A stretch of 37,235 nucleotides of DNA from the sequence record NC_013594.1, one strand, 5' to 3'. Every line of letters begins with the position of its first letter. Positions within the stretch are counted from its first letter, which is position 1. Source of the DNA: Escherichia phage D108. The position numbers were made by a program, and so were the translations under genes. Shown piece by piece: positions 28,877-37,235 of the stretch. The notes under the pieces were generated by a model. It had not been told where the DNA came from and searched no databases. It saw only the letters and a list, made by a program, of their open reading frames with translations.

Positions 28877-29457
28877 ATGATTCCGCCATGAACCGCCTGC
28901 TGATGCCGCTGATGCGTCGTGTGCGCCTGATGCTTGCGCGTGCCGTTGTTAACGTGATTAACGACGGGCGAAAGGTTCAGAACCTGCAGGTTGGTCTGCT
29001 GGATGATGAGGAATCTGATGAAGTGGAGCGCCTGCAAAATTACGGGCATTTCAGCGTTCCTCTGCCGGGCGCAGAGGCGCTGATTGCCTGTGTAGGCGCA
29101 CAACGTGATCAGGGGATTGCTGTTGTGGTGGAAGACCGCCGCTACCGCCCGACGAATCTTGAACCGGGTGATGCAGGCATTTACCACCACGAGGGGCATC
29201 GTATCAGGCTGACAAAGGACGGACGCTGCATCATTACCTGTAAAACGGTTGAGGTTTACGCTGATGAAAGTATGACCGTTGACACACCCAGAACCACGTT
29301 TACCGGCGACGTTGAGATCCAGAAAGGTCTGGGCGTTAAAGGTAAAAGCCAGTTCGACAGCAATATTACTGCCCCGGATGCCATCATCAATGGCAAATCG
29401 ACGGATAAGCATATCCACCGTGGCGACAGCGGCGGAACCACAGGGCCGATGCAATGA
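28864..29457 (+). CDS. Q: Baseplate spike/assembly protein Q (start uncertain: GTG 28864 or ATG 28888)
   Basis: Synteny. Confidence 0.65.
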   Translation: MERVNDSAMNRLLMPLMRRVRLMLARAVVNVINDGRKVQNLQVGLLDDEESDEVERLQNYGHFSVPLPGAEALIACVGAQRDQGIAVVVEDRRYRPTNLEPGDAGIYHHEGHRIRLTKDGRCIITCKTVEVYADESMTVDTPRTTFTGDVEIQKGLGVKGKSQFDSNITAPDAIINGKSTDKHIHRGDSGGTTGPMQ

Positions 29458-29891
29458 CCGATTTAGCCATTATCTGGACGAACGGACGCGGCGATATTGC
29501 ACAGGATGGCATTGATATGCTGACCGACGACAGTCTGACGACCGATGTGACAATCTCCCTGTTTACCGACCGGCGCGCGCTGGATTCTGACACGCTGCCG
29601 GATGGTTCAGATGATCGCCGTGGATGGTGGGGTGACAGTTACCGCGACCGCCCCATCGGTTCGCGGTTGTGGCTGTTATCACGTGAAAAAGCCACGCCGG
29701 ATACGCTGGAACGCGCCAGAGGGTATGCCGAAGAGGCGCTGGAATGGCTGAAAACAGCGGGCCGGGTAAGTGCGATTAACGTCAGAGCGGAACAGTTACA
29801 TCAGGGCTGGTTATACCTCTACATTGCACTGACATTACCGGATGGTTCCGTTATTCCTTATGAGTTTAAAGCAGCATTTAACGGGGTTTAA
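29454..29891 (+). CDS. V: Baseplate wedge protein V (gp25/W-like), 145 aa
   Basis: Synteny and size. Confidence 0.7.
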   Translation: MTDLAIIWTNGRGDIAQDGIDMLTDDSLTTDVTISLFTDRRALDSDTLPDGSDDRRGWWGDSYRDRPIGSRLWLLSREKATPDTLERARGYAEEALEWLKTAGRVSAINVRAEQLHQGWLYLYIALTLPDGSVIPYEFKAAFNGV

Positions 29892-30974
29892 ATGGCTTAT
29901 TCACCACCGACATTATCATCGCTGATTGCCCGTACAGAACAAAATATTGAACAGCGCCTGCCGGGTAGCTGGCCTCAGGCCCGTGAAAAAACGCTGAGTG
30001 CCATTGCTTATGCTCAGGCGGGCCTTGCTGCCGGTTGTCACGAGCATATTTCATGGGTTGGACGGCAGATTATCCCGTCGACAGCAGATGAAGATGAGTT
30101 GCTGGAGCACTGCCGGTTCTGGGGCGTGCGCCGCAAACAGGCGACAGCAGCCAGCGGCCCGCTGACTGTCACCACATCGGCAGCGACCACCATTCCTGCC
30201 GGTACACGCTGGCAGCGTGCTGATGGTGTGGTTTACAGCCTGGCTGATGCCATTGTGATTGACCGTGCAGGAACGACGGAAATTACCGTTACCGCACTGG
30301 CTGCCGGTGAGGCAGGAAATACCGGTGAGAATACCCTTTTAACGTTGATCACCCCGGTTGCCTGTGTTGTTTCCGATGCCATCACTGTAAAAGGATTTTC
30401 CGGTGGGGCTGATATTGAGAGTGCAGCGGAGCTGCTGTCACGGCTGGAATATCGTGTCCAGTATCCTCCGTTCGGCGGTAATCAGTTTGATTACGTTCGC
30501 TGGGCACGTGAAGTCAGCGGCGTTACCCGTGCCTGGTGTTTTCCGACATGGAAAGGCGGTGGCACAGTCGGGGTGACGTTTGTTATGGATAACCGGAGCA
30601 ATATTTTTCCACAACCGGCAGACGTGGAACGCGTGGCGGATTATATCGCCGGTCATACTGACCCGATAACCGGTCTGATTGTCGGACAGCCTGACGGTGT
30701 AAATGTCACTGTATTTGCGCCAAAGGCAAAGCCGGTAAATCCACGGATTTATATATCACCGAAGACAGCCGAACTGAAACAGGCTATTACCCACGCCATT
30801 AATACCATGTTTTTTAATGAGGTGACGCCGGGCGGCGCACTTGCCCCCTCCCGTATTATCCGTGCGGTGGCAGGTGTTACCGGTCTGGATGATTTTGAAG
30901 TGCGTTTCCCGACAGAGATCCAGCGTTCGGAGAATACGGAACTGTTAACACCGGGGACAATTGAATGGCTGTAA
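29892..30974 (+). CDS. W: Baseplate wedge protein W (J-like), 360 aa
   Basis: Synteny and size. Confidence 0.75.
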   Translation: MAYSPPTLSSLIARTEQNIEQRLPGSWPQAREKTLSAIAYAQAGLAAGCHEHISWVGRQIIPSTADEDELLEHCRFWGVRRKQATAASGPLTVTTSAATTIPAGTRWQRADGVVYSLADAIVIDRAGTTEITVTALAAGEAGNTGENTLLTLITPVACVVSDAITVKGFSGGADIESAAELLSRLEYRVQYPPFGGNQFDYVRWAREVSGVTRAWCFPTWKGGGTVGVTFVMDNRSNIFPQPADVERVADYIAGHTDPITGLIVGQPDGVNVTVFAPKAKPVNPRIYISPKTAELKQAITHAINTMFFNEVTPGGALAPSRIIRAVAGVTGLDDFEVRFPTEIQRSENTELLTPGTIEWL

Positions 30975-31507
30975 CACCCTATCAGACGGCCTTTCTGCAA
31001 TTACTGCCGTCAGGGCTTGCCTGGAATAAAAGCCCCGACAGCAAATTATCTGCGCTGGCGCAGGCCATCAGCGACGTGATTGCCACTGCGGCGGATGATG
31101 CGCGGCAAATGCTGCGGGAGCGTTTCCCGTCCACATCCCGCTGGTATCTGGGGGAGTGGGAATCATTTCTGGGGTTGCCGGACTGTACCAGCGAAAACGG
31201 CACCCTGTCCGAACGCCAGCGGGCTGCCGCGAATAAAATGCGTATGACCGGCAATCTGAGTCGGCGCTTTTATGAATGGCTGGCTGCGCAGTACGGTTTT
31301 ACCGTCAGGCTGACGGATTCCACAGAAGGCCAGTGGGTTACGCAGGTCAATATTTACGGTATTAAAAATTATCGCAACGCAACGGTGCTGGATAATGTTC
31401 TGACGCCGTTACGTGTTTATGAATCGGGTGCGCTGGAATGTTTACTGGAGAAATATAAACCCGCACATCAGATTTATAAATTTGTTTACCATGACGGAGA
31501 TAACTAA
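30965..31507 (+). CDS. R: Baseplate/tail-fibre-attachment protein R, 180 aa
   Basis: Synteny; directly upstream of the tail fibre gene. Confidence 0.65.
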   Translation: MAVTPYQTAFLQLLPSGLAWNKSPDSKLSALAQAISDVIATAADDARQMLRERFPSTSRWYLGEWESFLGLPDCTSENGTLSERQRAAANKMRMTGNLSRRFYEWLAAQYGFTVRLTDSTEGQWVTQVNIYGIKNYRNATVLDNVLTPLRVYESGALECLLEKYKPAHQIYKFVYHDGDN

Positions 31508-33009
31508 TGTTTTATATTGATAACGACAGCGGCGTAACCGTCATGCCGCCCGTATCCGCCCAGCGTAGTGCTATCGTTCGCTGGTTTTCAGAAGGTGACG
31601 GGAATAATGTTATCACATGGCCCGGCATGGACTGGTTTAATATTGTTCAGGCGGAGTTATTAAACACGCTGGAAGAAGCCGGTATTCAACCGGATAAAAC
31701 AAAATTAAACCAGCTTGCACTGTCCATTAAAGCCATTATGAGCAATAACGCGCTGCTGATAAAAAATAACCTCAGCGAAATTAAAACTGCCGGGGCATCA
31801 GCACAGCGTACAGCACGTGAAAATCTGGATATCTATGATGCCAGCCTGAACAAAAAAGGACTCGTTCAGCTAACCAGTGCCACTGACAGCCCCAGTGAAA
31901 CGCTGGCAGCCACCGCAAAAGCGGTGAAAATTGCGATGGATAATGCCAATGCTCGTCTGGCAAAAGACCGGAACGGAGCAGATATTCCCAATAAGCCGCT
32001 GTTTATCCAAAACGTCGGTTTACAGGAAACGGTAAACAAGGCTGGTAACGCTGTTCAAAAGACAGGCGATACCTTGTCCGGTGGGCTTACTTTTGAAAAT
32101 GACTCAATCCTTGCCTGGATTCGAAATACTGACTGGGCGAAGATTGGATTTAAAAATGATGCCGATGGTGACACTGATTCATACATGTGGTTTGAAACAG
32201 GCGACAACGGCAATGAATATTTCAAATGGAGAAGCAAACGAGGCACCACAACAAAAGACCTGATGAATCTTAAATGGGATGCTTTGTATGTTCTTGTCAA
32301 TGCCATTGTAAACGGCGAAGTCATATCAAAATCAGCAAACGGCCTACGTATTGCTTATGGTAATTACGGATTCTTTATTCGTAATGATGGTTCAAATACA
32401 TACTTCATGTTGACAAACTCCGGTGACAACATGGGGACTTATAACGGATTAAGGCCATTATGGATTAATAACGCTACTGGCGCTGTTTCGATGGGGCGTG
32501 GCCTTAATGTTTCAGGGGAGACGCTTCAGACCGTTTGCTATAACAGCAGTAATGGTATGTGGATTCAGATGCGCGATAACAACGCTATCTTTGGGAAAAA
32601 TATAGTTAACACTGATAGCGCTCAGGCGTTGCTTCGCCAGAATCACGCTGACCGCAAGTTCATGATAGGTGGACTGGGGAACAAGCAATTTGGCATCTAC
32701 ATGATTAATAACTCAAGGACAGCCAATGGCACCGATGGTCAGGCGTACATGGACAATAACGGTAACTGGCTTTGCGGTGCGCAAATTATTCCCGGAAATT
32801 ATGGCAATTTTGACTCACGCTATGTGAGCGATGTCCGACTTGGCACACGTGTTGTTCAGACTATGCAAAAAGGCGTGATGTATGAGAAATCAGGTCATGC
32901 AATTACGGGGCTTGGCATTGTCGGTGAAGTTGATGGCGATGATCCGGCAGTATTCAGACCAATACAAAAATACATCAATGGCACATGGTATAACGTCGCA
33001 CAGGTGTAA
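31507..33009 (+). CDS. S: Tail fibre protein S (constant part Sc 31507-~32003 fused to variable part Sv), 500 aa
   Basis: gixL lies inside the ORF at 32004-32037; C-terminus ends RPIQKYINGTWYN, similar to the end of S' on the opposite strand. Confidence 0.85.
   Translation: MFYIDNDSGVTVMPPVSAQRSAIVRWFSEGDGNNVITWPGMDWFNIVQAELLNTLEEAGIQPDKTKLNQLALSIKAIMSNNALLIKNNLSEIKTAGASAQRTARENLDIYDASLNKKGLVQLTSATDSPSETLAATAKAVKIAMDNANARLAKDRNGADIPNKPLFIQNVGLQETVNKAGNAVQKTGDTLSGGLTFENDSILAWIRNTDWAKIGFKNDADGDTDSYMWFETGDNGNEYFKWRSKRGTTTKDLMNLKWDALYVLVNAIVNGEVISKSANGLRIAYGNYGFFIRNDGSNTYFMLTNSGDNMGTYNGLRPLWINNATGAVSMGRGLNVSGETLQTVCYNSSNGMWIQMRDNNAIFGKNIVNTDSAQALLRQNHADRKFMIGGLGNKQFGIYMINNSRTANGTDGQAYMDNNGNWLCGAQIIPGNYGNFDSRYVSDVRLGTRVVQTMQKGVMYEKSGHAITGLGIVGEVDGDDPAVFRPIQKYINGTWYNVAQV
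32004..32037. repeat. gixL, left 34-bp inverted repeat of the G segment
   Basis: gtttatccaaaacgtcggtttacaggaaacggtaaa is the reverse complement of 35043-35076 with 2 central mismatches. Confidence 0.9.
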
Positions 33010-33012
33010 TTT

Positions 33013-33540
33013 ATGCAGCATTTAAAAAATATTAAGTCTGGAAATCCAAAAACAAAAGAACAATATCAGCTAACAAAGAATTTTGATGTTATCTGGTTAT
33101 GGTCCGAAGACGGAAAAAACTGGTATGAGGAAGTGAAAAACTTTCAGCCAGACACAATAAAGATTGTTTACGATGCAAATAATATTATTGTCGCCATCAC
33201 CAAAGATGCCTCCACGCTTAACCCTGAAGGTTATAGCGTCGTTGAGGTTCCTGATATTACAGCTAATCGTCGTGCTGATGATTCCGGTAAGTGGATGTTT
33301 AAGGACGGAGCTGTGGTTAAACGGATTTATACGGCAGACGAGCAACAACAACAGGCCGAATCACAAAAGGCCGCGTTACTTTCCGAAGCAGAAAACGTTA
33401 TTCAGCCACTGGAACGCGCTGTCAGGCTGAATATGGCGACGGATGAGGAACGCGCACGACTGGAGTCATGGGAACGCTATAGTGTTCTGGTCAGCCGTGT
33501 GGATACGGCAAATCCTGAATGGCCACAAAAGCCTGAATAA
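33013..33540 (+). CDS. U: Tail fibre assembly chaperone U (175 aa)
   Basis: Paralogous to U' (shared [17 protein letters not shown]...DGKNWYEE...[26 protein letters not shown]). Confidence 0.85.
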   Translation: MQHLKNIKSGNPKTKEQYQLTKNFDVIWLWSEDGKNWYEEVKNFQPDTIKIVYDANNIIVAITKDASTLNPEGYSVVEVPDITANRRADDSGKWMFKDGAVVKRIYTADEQQQQAESQKAALLSEAENVIQPLERAVRLNMATDEERARLESWERYSVLVSRVDTANPEWPQKPE

Positions 33541-33545
33541 AAATT

Positions 33546-33565
33546 AAGGCCCGATAGCGGGCCTT
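33546..33565. terminator. Bidirectional hairpin between convergent U and U'
   Basis: aaggcccg-atag-cgggcctt in the 28-bp gap between the two convergent stop codons. Confidence 0.55.
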
Positions 33566-33568
33566 GTT

Positions 33569-34102
33569 TCATTCTGGTTGTTCTGGAAACGTTACTGGCA
33601 GGCTGGAGGTGTCTGTGGATTCGACCTTCTGCGCATAGAGCATCCACTCGGTTAATTTTTGTTTATTCTCGTCGGAAATGATGCCCAGCCGTAGCTGTGA
33701 GTCCCATAGCTGGGTTTTATCCCTGACAAGTTGCAACAGGCTTTGCTTTTCATTCTCTGCCTGCTGCCTCTGTTCCTCCTCGGTATAAGTTCGCTTTATC
33801 ACTACGCCATCTTTGAACATCCATTTACCCGAAATATCAGCCCGGCGATTTGCTGTAATATCAGGTAATTCAACGACGCTTGCGCCTTCCGGATTAATTG
33901 CTGAAACATCCTTTTCAATACAAATAATAACGCCGTTATGGTCATAGACCATTTTCAAAGTGTCTGGCTGGAAATTCTTTTGTTCCTCATACCAGTTTTT
34001 TCCATCATCTGAATAAAGCCATTTGATGTTAAATTGCTTTGTTAGCTGGTATTGCTCTTTTGTTTTAGGGTTGCCAGCAGTAATGTTTTTTAAGTGCATC
34101 AT
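33569..34102 (-). CDS. Tail fibre assembly chaperone U' (177 aa)
   Basis: Paralog of U on the opposite strand inside the G segment. Confidence 0.85.
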   Translation of the reverse strand: MMHLKNITAGNPKTKEQYQLTKQFNIKWLYSDDGKNWYEEQKNFQPDTLKMVYDHNGVIICIEKDVSAINPEGASVVELPDITANRRADISGKWMFKDGVVIKRTYTEEEQRQQAENEKQSLLQLVRDKTQLWDSQLRLGIISDENKQKLTEWMLYAQKVESTDTSSLPVTFPEQPE

Positions 34103-34104
34103 CG

Positions 34105-35042
34105 TTAAATACTCCCCGCGTTATACCACGTCCCATTAATGCAATACTGAATTGGCCTTGCCTGAGTTGTATCAATTAATTCATCACGGTTTCCGTTAAC
34201 TGAACCCGTAACGACATAACCTGACCTGTCAGACCAGCCGGGGCCATTCCATGTCTGAACAGATGACAGACCGCCAAGGCGAATACCTGTAATAAACCTT
34301 GAGTTACATTCTGCCTGCGTGTATGCACCAACATCTCCCGCAGAGGGTTTGCGGGTCGTGGTGTAAAACTCTGACCAGTCAGCCTCAAATCCATAACCAT
34401 CACGCGCTGAACGATAAAAAATACCGCCGTTCCTGTAATTCACGCGGAACTGTACAGCAGGGCAGCTCCCCGTATTCATATTGAAGTGGAGGATTAATGT
34501 CGATGCGCCACCAATGTTTGCGTTATAGACCCCGCTATTCCAGTTCCAGCCAACAGCTTTATCATTTCCGACAGTGCTTCCTGTTTGCCCTAAAGCAAAT
34601 GCAGGTTGTTGATTTTTCGTGTTGTAGTCTCGTCGCCAGCCAGGAGCATAAGCATCACCATGATTAATATAAGTGAATTGAGCGTTAGTAATTCCGCCAC
34701 CGCTGGACGTGCTCGGCGTGGTAACGCGTATGGTCATTGCGCCGCGAGTGCCAATAACTTCCACCACAGCACCTGCAAGACAAATATTTCCGCAACCTGT
34801 ATCTGTAATGACCTTATTATTTGCATAAGCCCATGAGCCTTTGCACATCCAGTAAGGATGGTTAAATGCCCCCTGACTCTCCAGCCACAAAATGAATTGT
34901 GCGGTTGTCCAGGCCTGACTATCGCCACCAATATTCAGCCATGCGCTATATGCGCGGCAGGCACCAATATTTTTGGTGAAGGTATCTTTTCCTGGAATAT
35001 CTGCACCGTTCTGGTTTTTCTGTAATGCGCCAGAAGCCTGAT
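34105..35042 (-). CDS. S'v, alternative tail fibre variable region (lacks its own start; expressed after G inversion by fusion to Sc)
   Basis: Minus-strand frame open from gixR (stop just outside at 35068-35070) down to 34105; begins NLGLQETVNQ..., paralleling S after gixL (NVGLQETVNK...). Confidence 0.8.
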
Positions 35043-35076
35043 TTACCGTTTCCTGTAAACCGAGGTTTTAGATAAT
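35043..35076. repeat. gixR, right 34-bp inverted repeat of the G segment
   Basis: tttaccgtttcctgtaaaccgaggttttagataa; inverted copy of gixL. Confidence 0.9.
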
Positions 35077-35129
35077 GGTTGTTTCCGGCCTGCATGGCAT
35101 GATTTGCGCTTTTAAACGGGAGATCCAGA

Positions 35130-35723
35130 GTGCTGATTGGCTATGTAAGGGTATCAACAAATGACCAGAATACAGACCTGCAACGAAACGCTCTTGTTTG
35201 TGCAGGATGTGAACAAATATTTGAAGATAAATTAAGCGGAACAAGGACAGACAGACCTGGATTAAAACGCGCGTTAAAGCGCCTTCAAAAAGGTGACACA
35301 CTGGTTGTCTGGAAACTGGATCGCCTCGGGCGAAGCATGAAACATCTGATTTCCCTCGTCGGGGAACTACGGGAGCGAGGGATTAATTTTCGCAGTCTTA
35401 CCGACAGCATAGACACATCTTCTCCAATGGGGCGTTTTTTCTTCCACGTTATGGGTGCCCTGGCTGAAATGGAACGAGAACTAATCATCGAGCGAACGAT
35501 GGCTGGACTTGCTGCCGCCAGAAATAAAGGCCGTATTGGTGGGCGACCACCTAAACTAACCAAAGCGGAATGGGAGCAGGCCGGGCGTTTATTAGCACAA
35601 GGAATCCCCCGCAAGCAGGTTGCATTGATCTACGATGTGGCCCTGTCAACTCTGTATAAAAAACACCCCGCGAAACGAACGCATATAGAAAACGACGATC
35701 GAATCAATCAAATCGATCGGTAA
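35130..35723 (+). CDS. gin: Gin DNA invertase, serine recombinase of the Hin/Gin/Cin family (197 aa)
   Basis: N-terminal catalytic domain (LIGYVRVSTNDQNTDLQ, active-site Ser), C-terminal HTH; adjacent to gixR. The recombinational enhancer is expected within its 5' coding part. Confidence 0.95.
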   Translation: MLIGYVRVSTNDQNTDLQRNALVCAGCEQIFEDKLSGTRTDRPGLKRALKRLQKGDTLVVWKLDRLGRSMKHLISLVGELRERGINFRSLTDSIDTSSPMGRFFFHVMGALAEMERELIIERTMAGLAAARNKGRIGGRPPKLTKAEWEQAGRLLAQGIPRKQVALIYDVALSTLYKKHPAKRTHIENDDRINQIDR

Positions 35724-35805
35724 TACAGATCGATTATGTCTCAATAACCACACTCAACCCATGATGTTTTTTAAGATAGTGGCGAATTGATGCAAAGGAG
35801 GTGAG
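35697..35805 (+). promoter_or_regulatory. mom operon control region: three clustered GATC (Dam) sites and C-dependent promoter
   Basis: GATC at 35697-35700, 35715-35718 and 35728-35731, spanning the gin stop; then the com SD AAGGAGGTGAG. Matches the Dam/OxyR-regulated Pmom arrangement known for Mu. Confidence 0.7.
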
Positions 35806-35994
35806 ATGAAATCAATTCGCTGTAAAAACTGCAACAAACTGTTATTTAAGGCGGATTCCTTTGATCACATTGAAATCAGGTGTCCGCGTTGCAAACGTCA
35901 CATCATAATGCTGAATGCCTGCGAGCATCCCACGGAGAAACATTGTGGGAAAAGAGAAAAAATCACGCATTCTGACGAAACCGTGCGTTATTGA
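35806..35994 (+). CDS. com: Com, zinc-finger translational activator of mom (62 aa)
   Basis: C-x2-C...C-x2-C zinc finger (CKNC...CPRC); overlaps the 5' end of mom. Confidence 0.9.
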
Positions 35995-36652
35995 GTATGA
36001 AGGCCAGATTGTTGGCTATGGTTCAAAGGAGCTGCGCGTTGAAACCATATCCTGCTGGCTGGCCCGCACAATTATTCAGACAAAGCACTATTCCCGCCGT
36101 TTTGTGAATAACTCTTACCTCCACCTGGGAGTATTCAGCGGACGCGATCTGGTTGGCGTTCTCCAGTGGGGATATGCCCTTAACCCCAACTCAGGTCGTC
36201 GTGTCGTGCTTGAAACGGATAACCGGGGCTATATGGAGTTGAACCGCATGTGGCTACACGACGACATGCCCCGCAACTCTGAATCACGGGCCATCAGTTA
36301 TGCACTGAAAACCATAAGGTTACTGTATCCGTCAGTGGAGTGGGTTCAGTCTTTTGCAGACGAACGCTGCGGACGTGCTGGCGTTGTGTATCAGGCGTCA
36401 AATTTTGATTTTATTGGCAGCCATGAAAGCACGTTCTACGAGCTGGATGGTGAGTGGTATCACGAGATAACGATGAACGCAATTAAGCGCGGTGGACAAC
36501 GAGGCATGTATTTACGGGCTAATAAAGAGCGTGCCGTGGTGCACAAATTTAATCAGTATCGCTACATCAGGTTCCTGAACAAGCGAGCAAGAAAGCGGCT
36601 AAATACCAAACTATTCAGGATTCAGCCATACCCAAAAAGCAGTTCTGATTAG
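35945..36652 (+). CDS. mom: Mom DNA modification protein (adenine modification, anti-restriction); start uncertain
   Basis: ORF overlapping the com 3' end. GTG at 35945 has GGAG 7-8 nt upstream; the first in-frame ATG (35915) lacks an SD. Body ...[18 protein letters not shown]... through the stop at 36652. Confidence 0.85.
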
Positions 36653-36696
36653 TATCATATAAATTTATGTATTTACTCACATACGGAGCATATTAG

Positions 36697-37143
36697 ATGA
36701 AAAAATCAAAATTGCTAATCAGTACCATCATCAGCCTATTCGTACTAACCGCCTCCTCAGTCAATCACGCTCAAGAAAAAGATTTTGATCCTGAAGTGGC
36801 TGCTGATGCAGTCTTAAGGTCCGCCGGGATAGATCCAGATAAGAGTGTTGCAAATAAAGCCCCTGCCTCTGGTTTTTGGACCTGCCACGGTATTCGTATG
36901 CATATGGGCGTTGATATGGGGTCATGGACAGACCTTGATACAGGTGAACTATACACTCAGATAGAAACAGGCCAAATTGACGAACAAGACAAGGATGAAA
37001 AGATTAAAGGGACTGATTATCTCTATGCTTTGACTAGAAATCCTGCGGTTATAAAGTATTTTATCGTTGATAAATCAGGAAAAAATCTTTATATCCGAGA
37101 TGATGTGAATATTTTTAAGACATATAAATGTAAACGAAACTGA
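36697..37143 (+). CDS. Cargo (moron) gene: secreted/periplasmic protein of unknown function with cleavable signal peptide (148 aa)
   Basis: Own SD (ACGGAG); signal peptide MKKSKLLISTIISLFVLTASSVNHA-QE; two Cys in the mature part; visibly lower GC and rare codons (CTA, ATA, TTA) versus neighbouring phage genes; sits between mom and the right-end sites. Confidence 0.7.
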   Translation: MKKSKLLISTIISLFVLTASSVNHAQEKDFDPEVAADAVLRSAGIDPDKSVANKAPASGFWTCHGIRMHMGVDMGSWTDLDTGELYTQIETGQIDEQDKDEKIKGTDYLYALTRNPAVIKYFIVDKSGKNLYIRDDVNIFKTYKCKRN

Positions 37144-37164
37144 CATACATAAAACAACTGTCTC

Positions 37165-37235
37165 AATTGAAGCGCGAAAGTTTTGAGTTTTCGTATTTTA
37201 TTTGAACGCTTTCGCGCTTTTCGTGCGCCGCTTCA
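37165..37235. repeat. Right end (attR) with transposase-binding sites R1 (37209-37235), R2 (~37186-37208) and inverted R3 (~37165-37184)
   Basis: Reverse complement of the terminus reads TGAAGCGGCGCACGAAAAGCGCGAAAG (R1) and cgttcaaataaaatacgaaaac (R2); TTGAAGCGCGAAAG in opposite orientation (R3). Confidence 0.75.

Larger units (their letters stand above)
32038..35042. other. Invertible G segment (about 3 kb) carrying Sv-U and, inverted, U'-S'v
   Basis: Bounded by inverted gix repeats; adjacent Gin invertase gene; S'v reading frame is open on the minus strand from gixR to 34105, so inversion would fuse Sc in frame to S'v. Confidence 0.9.
1..37235 (+). mobile_element. Complete Mu-like transposable phage genome, left end (TG) to right end (CA)
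   Basis: Window begins TGTATTGATTCACTTGAAGTACGAAAAAAA (Mu L1-like) and ends ...CGCTTTCGCGCTTTTCGTGCGCCGCTTCA (reverse complement TGAAGCGGCGCACGAAAAGCGCGAAAG, Mu R1-like). Gene order c-ner-A-B...gin-com-mom matches Mu. Confidence 0.9.

Noticed and set aside
1-37235. CRISPR arrays, tRNA/rRNA genes, integrase/attP-type integration module
   Set aside because: No spaced direct-repeat array and no tRNA-like structure noticed. Integration is by DDE transposition (A/B with terminal binding sites), so no tyrosine integrase is expected.

Overview
The window is an entire Mu-family transposable myovirus genome (37,235 bp) with no host flank: it starts at the 5'-TG of the left end (MuA-type sites L1-L3) and stops at the 3'-CA of the right end (R1-R3). 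Gene order is colinear with phage Mu: c repressor (minus strand), operator region, ner, transposase A, AAA+ target-DNA activator B, a semi-essential early block of small genes including gam, gemA and mor, an early terminator, a short middle operon ending in C, then lysis (SAR endolysin plus overlapped spanins), terminase, portal, F, G, protease/scaffold I, major head T, sheath L, tube M, tail chaperone, tape measure, N, baseplate P-Q-V-W-R, tail fibre S-U, the invertible G segment with S'/U' on the opposite strand flanked by 34-bp inverted gix sites, gin, and com-mom. The c/ner/left-end sequences differ from what I recall of Mu itself (c is 174 aa, ner 73 aa), consistent with a D108-like relative; this is from memory and needs an alignment. 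Most of the element is therefore a known phage type. The parts not explained by the canonical Mu map are: a low-GC secreted-protein gene between mom and the right-end sites, a leftward gene embedded in the rightward early operon (convergent and overlapping its neighbour), a candidate -2/+1 recoding site in the tail chaperone, and an unlisted 39-codon membrane ORF upstream of C. No CRISPR array, tRNA or rRNA was seen.
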